Source: Candidatus Latescibacterota bacterium | GTDB taxonomy: Bacteria > Latescibacterota > UBA2968 > UBA8231 | Reading direction: 5' to 3' | Assembly (NCBI GenBank): GCA_965197905.1 | Contig: CBDAOB010000004.1 | Span: 1,280,001 to 1,344,000, forward strand | DNA length: 64,000 nucleotides | In this document: positions 1 to 9,028 of the stretch, one piece after another | Numbering within the stretch: the first letter of the stretch is position 1 | How the letters are laid out: each line of letters starts with the position of its first letter | Notes under the pieces: model-generated | Databases searched by the model: none | The model's input: the letters and a program-made list of their open reading frames with translations, nothing else | Told to the model about the DNA's origin: nothing | Position numbers and translations under genes: made by a program

Positions 1-864
1 GCGCCTCACGGATGTGGCATCGTCCGGAAGGTAGTCGATTTCGTCGCGGCTAAAGGCGTGGGTGCGGATGGCTTCGATTTCCTGGTGACCGCTGAGTCCC
101 CACTTGTGGAGGCCGACCCAACCGGAATACACCACGTAGGCCATAACCGAACCACCGATGTAGCCGAAGGTGGTGGCCATGGTCAGCATGCGGTGTTTCA
201 CCGCGTCTTCCGGTGCCCATGGGGGGAACTCGGGGAAGTGCCCGAAGTTCAGACTGCCCACCACCGCTTTCACGAAGTCGGGACGCACCATGGCGGTACC
301 GATGATAGTGCCCGTAACCAGAATCGCGCATATCAGCAGCTGTTGTTTTTCGAGGCGCTCGTAAGAGAGCCTGAGACTCAACCCCAGCGCCACCGCGATA
401 AACCCGGAGGCGATCAGGTTTTCCCAGGTCGATTCTGCGAAGAGATCGGGGAGCGGCAACACGTGGTGAAAGAGATCACCGCACGGTTTGGAGATCGCCA
501 CCCAACCCATGGGGGCGGCGAACATCTCCACCACGACGATGGTGATCAGCAGCCACCCCCTTGGACCGGGGAAACGGACGATCCGGTGGCCAATGAACTC
601 ACCGCTGATCGCCGTGTAGCGACCGATTAGATAGGTGACGAAAAGGCCCTTGACCAGACAGCTCAGCAGCACCAACCACAGCAGATCGTATCCAGCCCAG
701 GCGCCGGCGCGCACCACCACGATGGTTTCCCCCGCACCGATGGCCACCGAGGCGACGATGGCGGCGGGCCCGAAGACACCGAGCAGACCGAACAGTTTGC
801 GCAGCGACCAAGGTTCGGCAAAGACACCTTCGAGCTGGGGAATATCGAATTTTTTTGTCGCCAT
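1..864 (-). CDS. Nramp/MntH-like divalent metal transporter family membrane protein, partial (runs off the left edge)
   Basis: Own translation from ATG at 864: MATKKFDIPQ...FGPAAIVASVAIGAGETIVVVRAGAWAGYDLLW, the typical Nramp-like N-terminal motif; many hydrophobic segments; no stop before the window edge. Confidence 0.75.
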   Translation of the reverse strand, partial: MATKKFDIPQLEGVFAEPWSLRKLFGLLGVFGPAAIVASVAIGAGETIVVVRAGAWAGYDLLWLVLLSCLVKGLFVTYLIGRYTAISGEFIGHRIVRFPGPRGWLLITIVVVEMFAAPMGWVAISKPCGDLFHHVLPLPDLFAESTWENLIASGFIAVALGLSLRLSYERLEKQQLLICAILVTGTIIGTAMVRPDFVKAVVGSLNFGHFPEFPPWAPEDAVKHRMLTMATTFGYIGGSVMAYVVYSGWVGLHKWGLSGHQEIEAIRTHAFSRDEIDYLPDDATSVRR

Positions 865-1162
865 CTTGGATCCACTTTTGAAGTTGGCCCGAAGATAACA
901 CTGCTTCTGCCGATTAACAAAATGGGCCCGCGATCCCCAAGGTGTGGCATTGGGGGCAAGATTTTTCTGGTGCAGGCGATAAAAAGTGCATCCGCGAATG
1001 GGTAAGTTGTAATCCGCGTCCCGTGGTGTTGTGGGGCGGACCTTGCATCTGGGCAGGGTGCGCCGAACGATCGCTGCGGGCTATTCTTGACCTCCGGCAC
1101 CGGAGTTCGTACCGTGCCGGAGTGGATATTCTTTCCACGCTTTTACAAAGGAGGCGAACCAG

Positions 1163-1228
1163 ATGCCATCGTTATTGCTCGTGTCGAACATCCAGAGCAT
1201 TGAGCGTCCGTCTCCCGGCACTCCTTAG
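1163..1228 (+). CDS. Candidate 21-aa leader/small peptide MPSLLLVSNIQSIERPSPGTP
   Basis: AAGGAGG RBS 8 nt before ATG; TTGACC...TACCGT promoter-like motif upstream; followed by a hairpin and terminator. Confidence 0.35.
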   Translation: MPSLLLVSNIQSIERPSPGTP

Positions 1229-1294
1229 GGTTCTATTCGCTTCAAATAGTCAGGGTCCGACGATCCTGACCGAATAGGTCTTCCTCTCGAGAAA

Positions 1295-1324
1295 GCCGCA
1301 GGCGGATTATGCCTGCGGTTTTTT
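1295..1324 (+). terminator. Intrinsic terminator upstream of the sigma-region-4 gene
   Basis: GCCGCAGGC-loop-GCCTGCGGT stem followed by a T run. Confidence 0.7.
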
Positions 1325-1359
1325 GGTGGCCACACTTCACCGGAGGAGGATAGGCCTAT

Positions 1360-1731
1360 ATGTACAACTCGGATTTCTGGGAAGTCCGTATTGATCCGAA
1401 CGATTTAGCGCAATTTCCCAACGAAGCGGGTGTATGGTACCAAACACCCTACGACGCCCGGTACGAGCGACGACTCAAGACCCGCCACACCCAGGTGATG
1501 TCGCGGTTGATGGAGCTCATCCGTCGGGATCTAACAGAAAGACAGTTCATGATTCTCGTCCTCTACTTTATGCACCAGAAGACACAGGAGGAGGTGGCGC
1601 AGATCATGGGCATTTCGCGCAGAACAGTCAGTCAACACCTGTTTGGGATATGTAGAAACGGTAAACAAGTGGGCGGCGCCATACGCAAGATTCGCAAGCT
1701 GTGCCGTCGCCGGGGTATCGAACTTCAGTAG
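1360..1731 (+). CDS. Small sigma-70 region 4-like helix-turn-helix protein
   Basis: LTERQFMILVLYFMHQKTQEEVAQIMGISRRTVSQHL matches region 4; no region 2; GGAGG RBS. Confidence 0.75.
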   Translation: MYNSDFWEVRIDPNDLAQFPNEAGVWYQTPYDARYERRLKTRHTQVMSRLMELIRRDLTERQFMILVLYFMHQKTQEEVAQIMGISRRTVSQHLFGICRNGKQVGGAIRKIRKLCRRRGIELQ

Positions 1732-1850
1732 TACCGCCGAAGTGCATCCGTTGGGGTGTCAGGAGTCGGACGCTCTGTCCGATGCTGATCGATCAGTTTA
1801 ACCGGCGCGGGATTACCGGAACCCCGTCGCCATGTCGAAAGGAGGTTTTG

Positions 1851-1883
1851 ATGACTGCTATACTTTGGAGGTGTCGCGTCTGA
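1851..1883 (+). CDS. Candidate 10-aa small peptide MTAILWRCRV
   Basis: AAAGGAGGT RBS just upstream of ATG; followed by a hairpin (1907-1938) and terminator. Confidence 0.4.
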   Translation: MTAILWRCRV

Positions 1884-1946
1884 TTTAATCGGACGTCGAG
1901 CTTCCTGGATGACCTGCCCCCCTTACGGCGGTTCATCCGTTAGAAA

Positions 1947-1980
1947 CCGGGCGCACCAGCATGGTGCGTCCGGCTTTTTT
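1947..1980 (+). terminator. Intrinsic terminator
   Basis: CCGGGCGCACCA-gca-TGGTGCGTCCGG stem then CTTTTTT. Confidence 0.8.
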
Positions 1981-2039
1981 GTATTCTTGACAGGTCCTTG
2001 CGTCCTCTGTACCTTGCGCGCTCGCCGTGGCGAAAAACG

Positions 2040-2630
2040 ATGAAGTGTGCACTCATTGCTCCCGACGACGGGTACCAAACCAGTTTCCTGGAGGGTGCGG
2101 CCGAGTTCAAAGCGCTGGGCCGCCTCGATTCGACCTACGCAGTCTATCTGGGATATAACCTGGATACCCTTCGCGATCGGTTCAGTCAGTTCACCCGGGA
2201 CCTGAACGCGCTCGGCGCTGCGTCCCGAGCAACCAGCGGCTGGTACGTGGATATCGTCCTCTGGCTGGTGGCCGGAAAGAACTATCTCGGCCAGGTTTCG
2301 TTACGACCTGAGCTGAGCACTAACTACCTGATTCAATTCGGAGGCCACATCGGCTACAGCATTCGTCCGTCGATGAGACGCCGCGGGTTTGGCGAGAGGA
2401 TTCTGGCGCTTGCTCTGGACCGAGCGTGCGATTTGGGATTGCACCGGGTGCTTGTAACCTGCGACTCTGACAACGTCGCGTCTCGAAAGATCATCGAGCG
2501 TAATGGAGGCACCTTCGAATACGCCATGCCCATGGACCCACACGCGTTCAGGGCAGAAGGACGCCCCCCCAACGAAGGTGTAACAAAGTTCAGGTACTGG
2601 ATCGACCTGGTCCCGGTCGAGGCAGGGTAA
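2040..2630 (+). CDS. GNAT family N-acetyltransferase
   Basis: GGHIGYSIRPSMRRRGFG and TCDSDNVASRKIIERNGG motifs; TTGACA-N17-TACCTT promoter upstream. Confidence 0.9.
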   Translation: MKCALIAPDDGYQTSFLEGAAEFKALGRLDSTYAVYLGYNLDTLRDRFSQFTRDLNALGAASRATSGWYVDIVLWLVAGKNYLGQVSLRPELSTNYLIQFGGHIGYSIRPSMRRRGFGERILALALDRACDLGLHRVLVTCDSDNVASRKIIERNGGTFEYAMPMDPHAFRAEGRPPNEGVTKFRYWIDLVPVEAG

Positions 2631-2647
2631 GCCCGTTCGCGGGTCGA

Positions 2648-3829
2648 ATGGTTTCGTCCGAAGGTCTTGTGGAGCCGGACTATGCCGGCGGCAGCATCGT
2701 AAATCTGGCCTCCTCCCTGTTCGAGGGCTTCGGTATCGAACCACCCAGCGCCCCCTGCTCGGAGCGCTTCGGACTGCGGGAACCGTTGTCCCGCGCCGGC
2801 GCCATCGTGCTCCTGGTCTGCGATGCGCTCGGCCTGCGTCAGCTGGAGACGGCGCTCGAGCGTGGAGCATTGCCTCGATTGCAGGCGCGGGCCGAGAATT
2901 CTCCCTACGGGATTCAGCAACTGACCTCTGTCTTCCCCGCCACGACAACCGTTGCACTACCTTCACTCACGTCCGGATACCCGCCGTCAAGACACGGAAT
3001 ACTGGGCATGCGTCAGTGGCTGGACCGGTTCGACGCCCTCTGCAACATGCTGCGCTTTCGCACCATCGAGGCACAGGCCCGCGATTTTGCAGAAGAAGAT
3101 CTGCCGGCGGTGGAGACCGTGTTTCGGCGCTTGAGAGCGGCCCACATTCCGTCGTTTGCGATCAGTCCCGCGGAATACGAAGGGACCGCGTTTACCGGAC
3201 TGATCAATAATGGCGCCACCTACGTGGGTTTCCGCGCCCAGTCCGAGATAGCTCATCTTCTGGAGCGGTCGCTGGCGGACTGCGCGGGAAATCGCAGCTT
3301 TCACTACCTCTATTGGCCCATGGTGGACACCGTAGCGCATACCTACGGTCCCCTGTCGGCGGCGTATTACCGGGAATTGGAGTTCGTCGACCTCATGTTC
3401 CAGCAGGTAGCAGAGTGCTGCGCGAATGCAGGCGCCACGCTGCTGTTTACCGCCGACCACGGACAGGCGATGCTGGCGGAAGGGCGCGCGGTGATCATCA
3501 ACAACGAATGTGCCCGCGCATTGAAGCGACCCCCGGGTGGCAACCGGCGAGCCTTGTACCTCACCGAGAAGGAGTTCGGGGAACTGCGCCAGCAGCCGCT
3601 GCTGCGCCAGGAAGATCTGGTGTTAGTGGATGCCGAGGAGGCGATAAACCGAGGCTGGTTCGGGGGGCGCGAGGTCGCCAATCGCTCGGCATTGGGCGAC
3701 CTGATCGTGATGGCGATGAACGACCGGCAACTGCTGTTCGACTACGGCGACGGGATCGGCACCTTCGCCGGAGCCCACGGCAGCTTGACCGAGGATGAGA
3801 TGCTGGTGCCGCTTTTGGTCTTACCCTGA
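2648..3829 (+). CDS. Alkaline phosphatase superfamily / nucleotide pyrophosphatase-phosphodiesterase
   Basis: LLVCDALG, SVFPATT, DTVAH, TADHG, GAHGSLT motifs. Confidence 0.88.
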   Translation: MVSSEGLVEPDYAGGSIVNLASSLFEGFGIEPPSAPCSERFGLREPLSRAGAIVLLVCDALGLRQLETALERGALPRLQARAENSPYGIQQLTSVFPATTTVALPSLTSGYPPSRHGILGMRQWLDRFDALCNMLRFRTIEAQARDFAEEDLPAVETVFRRLRAAHIPSFAISPAEYEGTAFTGLINNGATYVGFRAQSEIAHLLERSLADCAGNRSFHYLYWPMVDTVAHTYGPLSAAYYRELEFVDLMFQQVAECCANAGATLLFTADHGQAMLAEGRAVIINNECARALKRPPGGNRRALYLTEKEFGELRQQPLLRQEDLVLVDAEEAINRGWFGGREVANRSALGDLIVMAMNDRQLLFDYGDGIGTFAGAHGSLTEDEMLVPLLVLP

Positions 3830-4813
3830 TCGGGCTGCGGCTTGCAGTCGCGGGTGATCCAGAACCTCGGCATTGAGTAGATGCGCCGGTGTGCGACCCC
3901 CGAGAGCATCGCGAACCTGGCCGAAGGTACGCCGATCCAACCGCTGAATGGACTCCACGGTCACACCGGCATTGTGATTGGTGCAGATGATCCGCGGATG
4001 GCCCTTGTGAATGGCCCGAGGTCCGTTTACCGGATCGTCGACCACATAATAGAAGAGGCAGTTCTCGTTGACAGCCCGGTTGGCCGCTTCGTCGTCCACC
4101 AGGGTACCCCTGGAGGGATTGATCAGCGACGCATGCGGTTTCATGGCGCTCATCTCGCGATAGGTGACAAGGGTTTCAGCCCCCGCCGTGTGCAGCGAAA
4201 CCGTGTCGCACTCCTCGAATAACCTCATCGGGTCGTCCACTGCCTCGGCACCGAATTGAGCCGCCACCTCGGCGATGTCGGGCCGAATATCATAGACCAG
4301 AAGACGGCCTTGTTCACCCAACAGAGGAACCGCCCGTTCGGCAACAGCTTGACCGATGCGTCCGAGGCCGTACAAGCCCAGCGTTGAACCGGCCGCTTCG
4401 CGGGTTGGCAGTAGTGCGATGTCGCCAACGTGAGCGTTGGCGTTGAGGGTGTAGACCCGTTTGAGCGTCGCCATCCATTGGGCGATGGTGTATTCGGCGA
4501 CGGTCATCATATGCTCCGGGGCGACGGTGACCATTACACCCTGCGCGGTGGCTACTTCGAGACTGGTCTTTTCGTACCCGACGCCCCAGCGCGCGATGAT
4601 GCGCAGATCGGTACCAGCCTCGTAGAAGCTGCCATGGATCTGGTGGCTGTTGGCGATAACAGCAACTACGCCGTCGCTGTGCTTGTCGGTAAGCTCCTCG
4701 TCGTAGTAGTCGATTTCGGCCAGTGTTGCCAGTGCGGCAATCCCTTTCGTTCTCGCCTCCGAAGAGAACTCGTCGTTGGTGAAGTTGGCTTGCGTCAGCA
4801 GAATCTTACCCAT
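3821..4813 (-). CDS. D-isomer-specific 2-hydroxyacid dehydrogenase
   Basis: ARWGVGYE, GLGRIG, INPSRG, HNAG motifs. Confidence 0.88.
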   Translation of the reverse strand: MGKILLTQANFTNDEFSSEARTKGIAALATLAEIDYYDEELTDKHSDGVVAVIANSHQIHGSFYEAGTDLRIIARWGVGYEKTSLEVATAQGVMVTVAPEHMMTVAEYTIAQWMATLKRVYTLNANAHVGDIALLPTREAAGSTLGLYGLGRIGQAVAERAVPLLGEQGRLLVYDIRPDIAEVAAQFGAEAVDDPMRLFEECDTVSLHTAGAETLVTYREMSAMKPHASLINPSRGTLVDDEAANRAVNENCLFYYVVDDPVNGPRAIHKGHPRIICTNHNAGVTVESIQRLDRRTFGQVRDALGGRTPAHLLNAEVLDHPRLQAAARSG

Positions 4814-4839
4814 GGTTTCTCGTCATCGTCCGTTGAGTT

Positions 4840-5727
4840 CTAGATGATTGGATGTTCCCGGTCGGGGGTTTGGCCGACGAGGAGATAGTGGGTTGTGGCG
4901 CCCAGGACGTCGGGGTGTTCGCAATGCTTGCGATGAAATCTGATCCAGGCGTCTCGTCGGACGCCCTGGTTCAGTGGACGGATCTGCTCGTCGCCTAAAA
5001 GACCGATCAAACCCTCCAGGCTGCGCATTCGCATCGTTTCTACCCCACAGCGCTCCATCAACGCTCGCGCCTGAGAAGGCCAGCAGCTGAAAAAATCGTA
5101 CGGCTGCTCAGCGCCGCCAAAATCGACTGCCGTAGAATTGGGTGCGAGTCCCCGCTGATGCAGGTCGTCCATGAAGCGCTCATTGGCAAGCAGCTCTCCG
5201 TCATTCTTGAGCAACCTGGGGAATACGGAGAATGGACTGATGAAGGTGGCAAACAGGTGGCCGCCGGGTTTGAGCAAGCGGATTGCTTGCTCGACGGCGG
5301 CTTGCCGTTCCTCCGGTTCGAGCAGGTGATACAGTGGACCCATGAGCAACACGGCGTCGAAGGAGTGCACGTCGAGCCCGTCGAGCTGCGTAGCACAACC
5401 GGTGCGGGTGAACAGGATCTTCGACGCCTCGCCACTTGGAATCCGCTTGCGGAAGAGCTCCAGCGAACGCGGGGAAAGGTCTACGAGTCCCACTCGGCAG
5501 CGCCGGTCACGCAGCAGAAATTCGGCATATCGACCGGGGCCCGCGCCGACGTCCAAGACCCTCGATGCCGGTGGTATGTACTCTGCTAGGAGCTCTCTGG
5601 CCAGAGCGAACTCCGCCTGCTCGCGCGGCGACTGCAGGAGTCGGTGCTGCTCCGCTTCAGCGCCGCGATCGTAGATTTCAGCAATGAGCGAGCGGTCGGT
5701 CAGTGCGGGCGTCGGCGGCAACAGCAT
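4840..5727 (-). CDS. Class I SAM-dependent methyltransferase
   Basis: VLDVGAGPG motif I; DAVLLMGPLYHL; LLKPGG. Confidence 0.88.
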   Translation of the reverse strand: MLLPPTPALTDRSLIAEIYDRGAEAEQHRLLQSPREQAEFALARELLAEYIPPASRVLDVGAGPGRYAEFLLRDRRCRVGLVDLSPRSLELFRKRIPSGEASKILFTRTGCATQLDGLDVHSFDAVLLMGPLYHLLEPEERQAAVEQAIRLLKPGGHLFATFISPFSVFPRLLKNDGELLANERFMDDLHQRGLAPNSTAVDFGGAEQPYDFFSCWPSQARALMERCGVETMRMRSLEGLIGLLGDEQIRPLNQGVRRDAWIRFHRKHCEHPDVLGATTHYLLVGQTPDREHPII

Positions 5728-5733
5728 GATGGA

Positions 5734-7341
5734 TCAGCCCACTCCCGGGGCGACCGCCAGGAGTTCGGGAGCGTCGGTTTGGTAGGCCGTAAAATGCTCG
5801 TTGAACAAGCACACCAGGTCGGCCGCCTTGCGATCATAGGCGTCGCCGTCCCGCCAGGTTCCGCGCGGTCGCAGGATCTCCGTCGGGACCTCGGGGCAAG
5901 CGGTCGGCACGTCGATCTTGAAGAGCGGATCCGTTTCGAATTGTGCTTTGGCCAACCGGCCCTGAAGAATGGCGCGTATGATGGCTCGGGTGTATTGGAT
6001 CGAGATGCGCTCCCCTTCACCGTACGGCCCGCCGCTCCATCCGGTATTAACGAGCCAGCAGCTGGTCCGGTGCTCGCTCACCTTGGCGCCCAGCTGCTGG
6101 GCATAGTGGATCGGCGGCAGCACCATGAACGGACCGCCGAAACAGGGCGAGAAGGTAGCGGTCGGCTCGGCCACACCCCGCTCGGTGCCGGCCACCTTGG
6201 CGGTGTAGCCAGAAAGAAAATGGTACATCGCCTGAGCGGTGGTGAGGTGGGCGACCGGCGGCAGCACGCCGAAGGCATCGCACGTTAGCATGATCAGGCA
6301 GGTAGGATGATCACCCCTGCCATCGGCGCTGGCGTGCGGGATGAATTCTATCGGATAGGAGGCCCGGGTATTCTCGGTGATGCTGTCATCATCGAGATCG
6401 ACCAGATGAGAAGTGGGATTCATCACCACATTCTCCAGCACGGTTCCGAATCGCCCGGTGGTGCTGTAGATCTCCGGCTCGGCCTCTTCGCTGAGCCGAA
6501 TTACCTTGGCATAGCAGCCGCCCTCGAAATTGAAGATGCCGTTGTCGCTCCAGCCGTGTTCGTCGTCTCCGATCAGAACCCGGTCAGCGCTGGCGGAAAG
6601 GGTCGTCTTGCCCGTTCCCGAAAGCCCGAAGAAGAGCGCCGTTTCGCCGTTGGCCCCCATATTGGCGGAGCAATGCATGCTCAGAATCCCCGCACGCGGC
6701 AAGACGAAATTGAGCACCGAGAAGATCGCCTTCTTCATTTCGCCGCCATAGCTGGTGCCACCTATCAGGATCATCTTGCGTCCGAAATGAAGCACGATGA
6801 ACGCCTCCGATCGGGTGCCGTCGGAAGCCGGGTCGGCGGCGCAGCCCGGGGCGTAGATGACGTGCCACTCCGGATCGAACTCCGTCAGCGACCGTGTCGG
6901 TTCCGCCGGGATGAACATGTTGCGGGCGAACAGGCTGTGCCAAGCCAGCTCGGTTATGGCGCGGAGTGGGATGCGAAACTGAGGATCGGCACCGGCGAAA
7001 CAGTCCTGCACGAAAATCTCCCGTCCCTGCAGGTAACCTCGCATCCGGTAAAGCAGCGATTCGAAATCAGCTTCCTCGAACGGCAGGTTGGTCGCGCTCC
7101 AGCCGACTTCATCCATTGAAGAAGATTCCCGTACGATGAACCGATCCTTGGGTGAGCGGCCTGTATACTTGCCCGTTTCCACCACTAGCGGTCCGTCGAT
7201 GGCCAGGGTTCCCTCACCCCGCCGAACTGCTGCCGCATAAAGTTCGGGACGATTCAGATTGGCCAGCACCGTAGAGACCTGGTCGAATCCGCAGTAGGCT
7301 AGATTCTTCGGGTTCCCTCGCTCCGGAATTAGGGGAGACAT
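5734..7341 (-). CDS. pckA: Phosphoenolpyruvate carboxykinase (ATP)
   Basis: TGRSPKD, FFGLSGTGKTTLS, LIGDDEHGW, NFEGGCYAK signatures. Confidence 0.97.
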   Translation of the reverse strand: MSPLIPERGNPKNLAYCGFDQVSTVLANLNRPELYAAAVRRGEGTLAIDGPLVVETGKYTGRSPKDRFIVRESSSMDEVGWSATNLPFEEADFESLLYRMRGYLQGREIFVQDCFAGADPQFRIPLRAITELAWHSLFARNMFIPAEPTRSLTEFDPEWHVIYAPGCAADPASDGTRSEAFIVLHFGRKMILIGGTSYGGEMKKAIFSVLNFVLPRAGILSMHCSANMGANGETALFFGLSGTGKTTLSASADRVLIGDDEHGWSDNGIFNFEGGCYAKVIRLSEEAEPEIYSTTGRFGTVLENVVMNPTSHLVDLDDDSITENTRASYPIEFIPHASADGRGDHPTCLIMLTCDAFGVLPPVAHLTTAQAMYHFLSGYTAKVAGTERGVAEPTATFSPCFGGPFMVLPPIHYAQQLGAKVSEHRTSCWLVNTGWSGGPYGEGERISIQYTRAIIRAILQGRLAKAQFETDPLFKIDVPTACPEVPTEILRPRGTWRDGDAYDRKAADLVCLFNEHFTAYQTDAPELLAVAPGVG

Positions 7342-7560
7342 CCCATCCTCCGGCTCACGACTTAACCAGCCCTTCAGTATTCATGTGAAACACCAAAGCG
7401 GGACGCCGCGAGAAGATGTCGTTTTGGCAGGCCCGTACTATGGATGGCTGTTTTTGTGCCACAATGGCATGAGTCCGCTTCAGCATGGTTGACAGCATGT
7501 TGCCGTGAAAATAGTACAAACCTTTGTTTTTGTGGCGCTTATAGAACGCATAATTGTCGC

Positions 7561-7575
7561 TGGTACGGGCTTTGC
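7561..7575 (+). promoter_or_regulatory. Sigma54 (-24/-12) promoter upstream of Hsp20
   Basis: TGGTACGGGCTTTGC fits TGGCACG-N4-TTGC (GG-N10-GC); about 70 nt before the start codon. Confidence 0.65.
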
Positions 7576-7647
7576 GAAAGGAATCCTCGTCGAAAGAAAC
7601 GATGCGCAACGCATCAAACATCACAATCCAAAACGGAGGTTATTAAA

Positions 7648-8094
7648 ATGCTAACCAAAACCTTTCTTCCCAGCGTCTTCAAAGGTGCCACACGGAGTCT
7701 GGACCCGTGGTCCGGGTTTGGCGAGTTGGGTCGCGTTTTCGCTGACGATTGGTTCGCCCCGGGCTCAACCTATCCCGCGCTCAATGTATCGAGTACCGAC
7801 GAGGAGGCCGTCGTAACCGCCGATCTCCCCGGATTCGACCCTGCCGACGTCGAATTGTCGGTGGAGGGTACGATACTGAGACTGCGCGGCACCCGCGCCA
7901 AGGACGAAACCGAAAACGGTGAAACCTATTATCGGCGCGAGCGCTGGAGTGGTTCATTCGAGCGCAGCGTGCGCTTGCCTTTCGAGGTGGAAAACGGCAA
8001 GATCGAGGCCAAGTTCAACAAAGGCGAGCTCACCATCACGTTGCCGCGAGCCGAAACCGATCGGCCGAAAAAGATAGAGGTCAAGGCGACCTGA
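7648..8094 (+). CDS. Hsp20/alpha-crystallin small heat-shock protein
   Basis: ADLPG, YYRRERWSGSFERSVRLP, FNKGELTITLP; GGAGG RBS. Confidence 0.93.
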   Translation: MLTKTFLPSVFKGATRSLDPWSGFGELGRVFADDWFAPGSTYPALNVSSTDEEAVVTADLPGFDPADVELSVEGTILRLRGTRAKDETENGETYYRRERWSGSFERSVRLPFEVENGKIEAKFNKGELTITLPRAETDRPKKIEVKAT

Positions 8095-8174
8095 GCAAGG
8101 ATATGCCCAGGGTGAGGATCGAGGCAACGTTTGATCGCTCCCGCGATCCCGGGCAGACCAAACGCGCGTTAAAC

Positions 8175-8211
8175 GAAAAGGCGGGGCCACTGCGAAAGTG
8201 GTCCCGCCTTT
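8175..8211. terminator. Bidirectional hairpin terminator between convergent genes
   Basis: AAAGGCGGGGCCACT...AGTGGTCCCGCCTTT inverted repeat. Confidence 0.7.
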
Positions 8212-8237
8212 GTGCCTGAATGTTTCCAGCTTCCCTT

Positions 8238-8933
8238 TTAGTCGTCCCTGCCACCGAGAAGACCCGCCCGCATAAGAAAGTAGAGCAGCTGAGCGATACT
8301 GGCCGCCGCGGCCGCCACATAGGTCATTGCGGCGGCGTTCAGCACCGAACCGACAGCTGCGTACTCCTGACCGCGAATGATGTTGTATTGTGACAGCAGC
8401 GACTTGGCGCGGCTGGAAGCGTTGAATTCCACTGGCAGGGTCACCAGTTGAAAAAGCACGATGAACGCGAACAGCAAAATCCCCAGCTGGATGAGTCCGA
8501 ACATGTTCATGAAGAACCCGATCAGCAACGCCCAGACGGCGAAGTTGCTGGCGAAGGTTGCCGGTTTGGCCAGCATCTGCCACAGGTTCATGATGGCGTA
8601 ACCCGAGGCGTGCTGGATGGCGTGTCCGGCCTCGTGGGCAGCGATGCCTGCACTGGAGATCGAACGGCCGTTGTACACATCAGACGACAGCCGCAACACC
8701 TTTTCGGTGGGCGAGTAATGATCCGACAGCCACCCGCCCGTCTCCTCAACCGCGACATCGTTGATCCGGTTGGCGCGCAAGATCTGCCGTGCAATCTCGG
8801 CCCCGGTCTGACCCGAGCTCAAACTATATTGGGCAAATTTCTTGTATCTGGACTTGACCATCCATTGGGCCCCGAGGGAAAAGATGAAAACGGGGGCCAT
8901 GATGATCAGGTATTCCATGTCGAAGAACATCAT
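8238..8933 (-). CDS. YugP-like membrane zinc metallopeptidase
   Basis: AAHEAGHAIQH (HEXXH), TLPVEFNASSRA, AAAMTYVAA. Confidence 0.92.
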   Translation of the reverse strand: MMFFDMEYLIIMAPVFIFSLGAQWMVKSRYKKFAQYSLSSGQTGAEIARQILRANRINDVAVEETGGWLSDHYSPTEKVLRLSSDVYNGRSISSAGIAAHEAGHAIQHASGYAIMNLWQMLAKPATFASNFAVWALLIGFFMNMFGLIQLGILLFAFIVLFQLVTLPVEFNASSRAKSLLSQYNIIRGQEYAAVGSVLNAAAMTYVAAAAASIAQLLYFLMRAGLLGGRDD

Positions 8934-9028
8934 CGGCAGTTACTCCTTATCGTCTGTTGCTAAATCTAACCTGCGGCTCACGGTGTTGCCAACTCGCGCC
9001 TACTGCAGATTTCGTGTCAACCGCCGCA

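Noticed and set aside
1240..1324. A known riboswitch (e.g. yybP-ykoY near the Nramp-like gene)
   Set aside because: No recognisable aptamer consensus, and the terminator faces away from the transporter gene.
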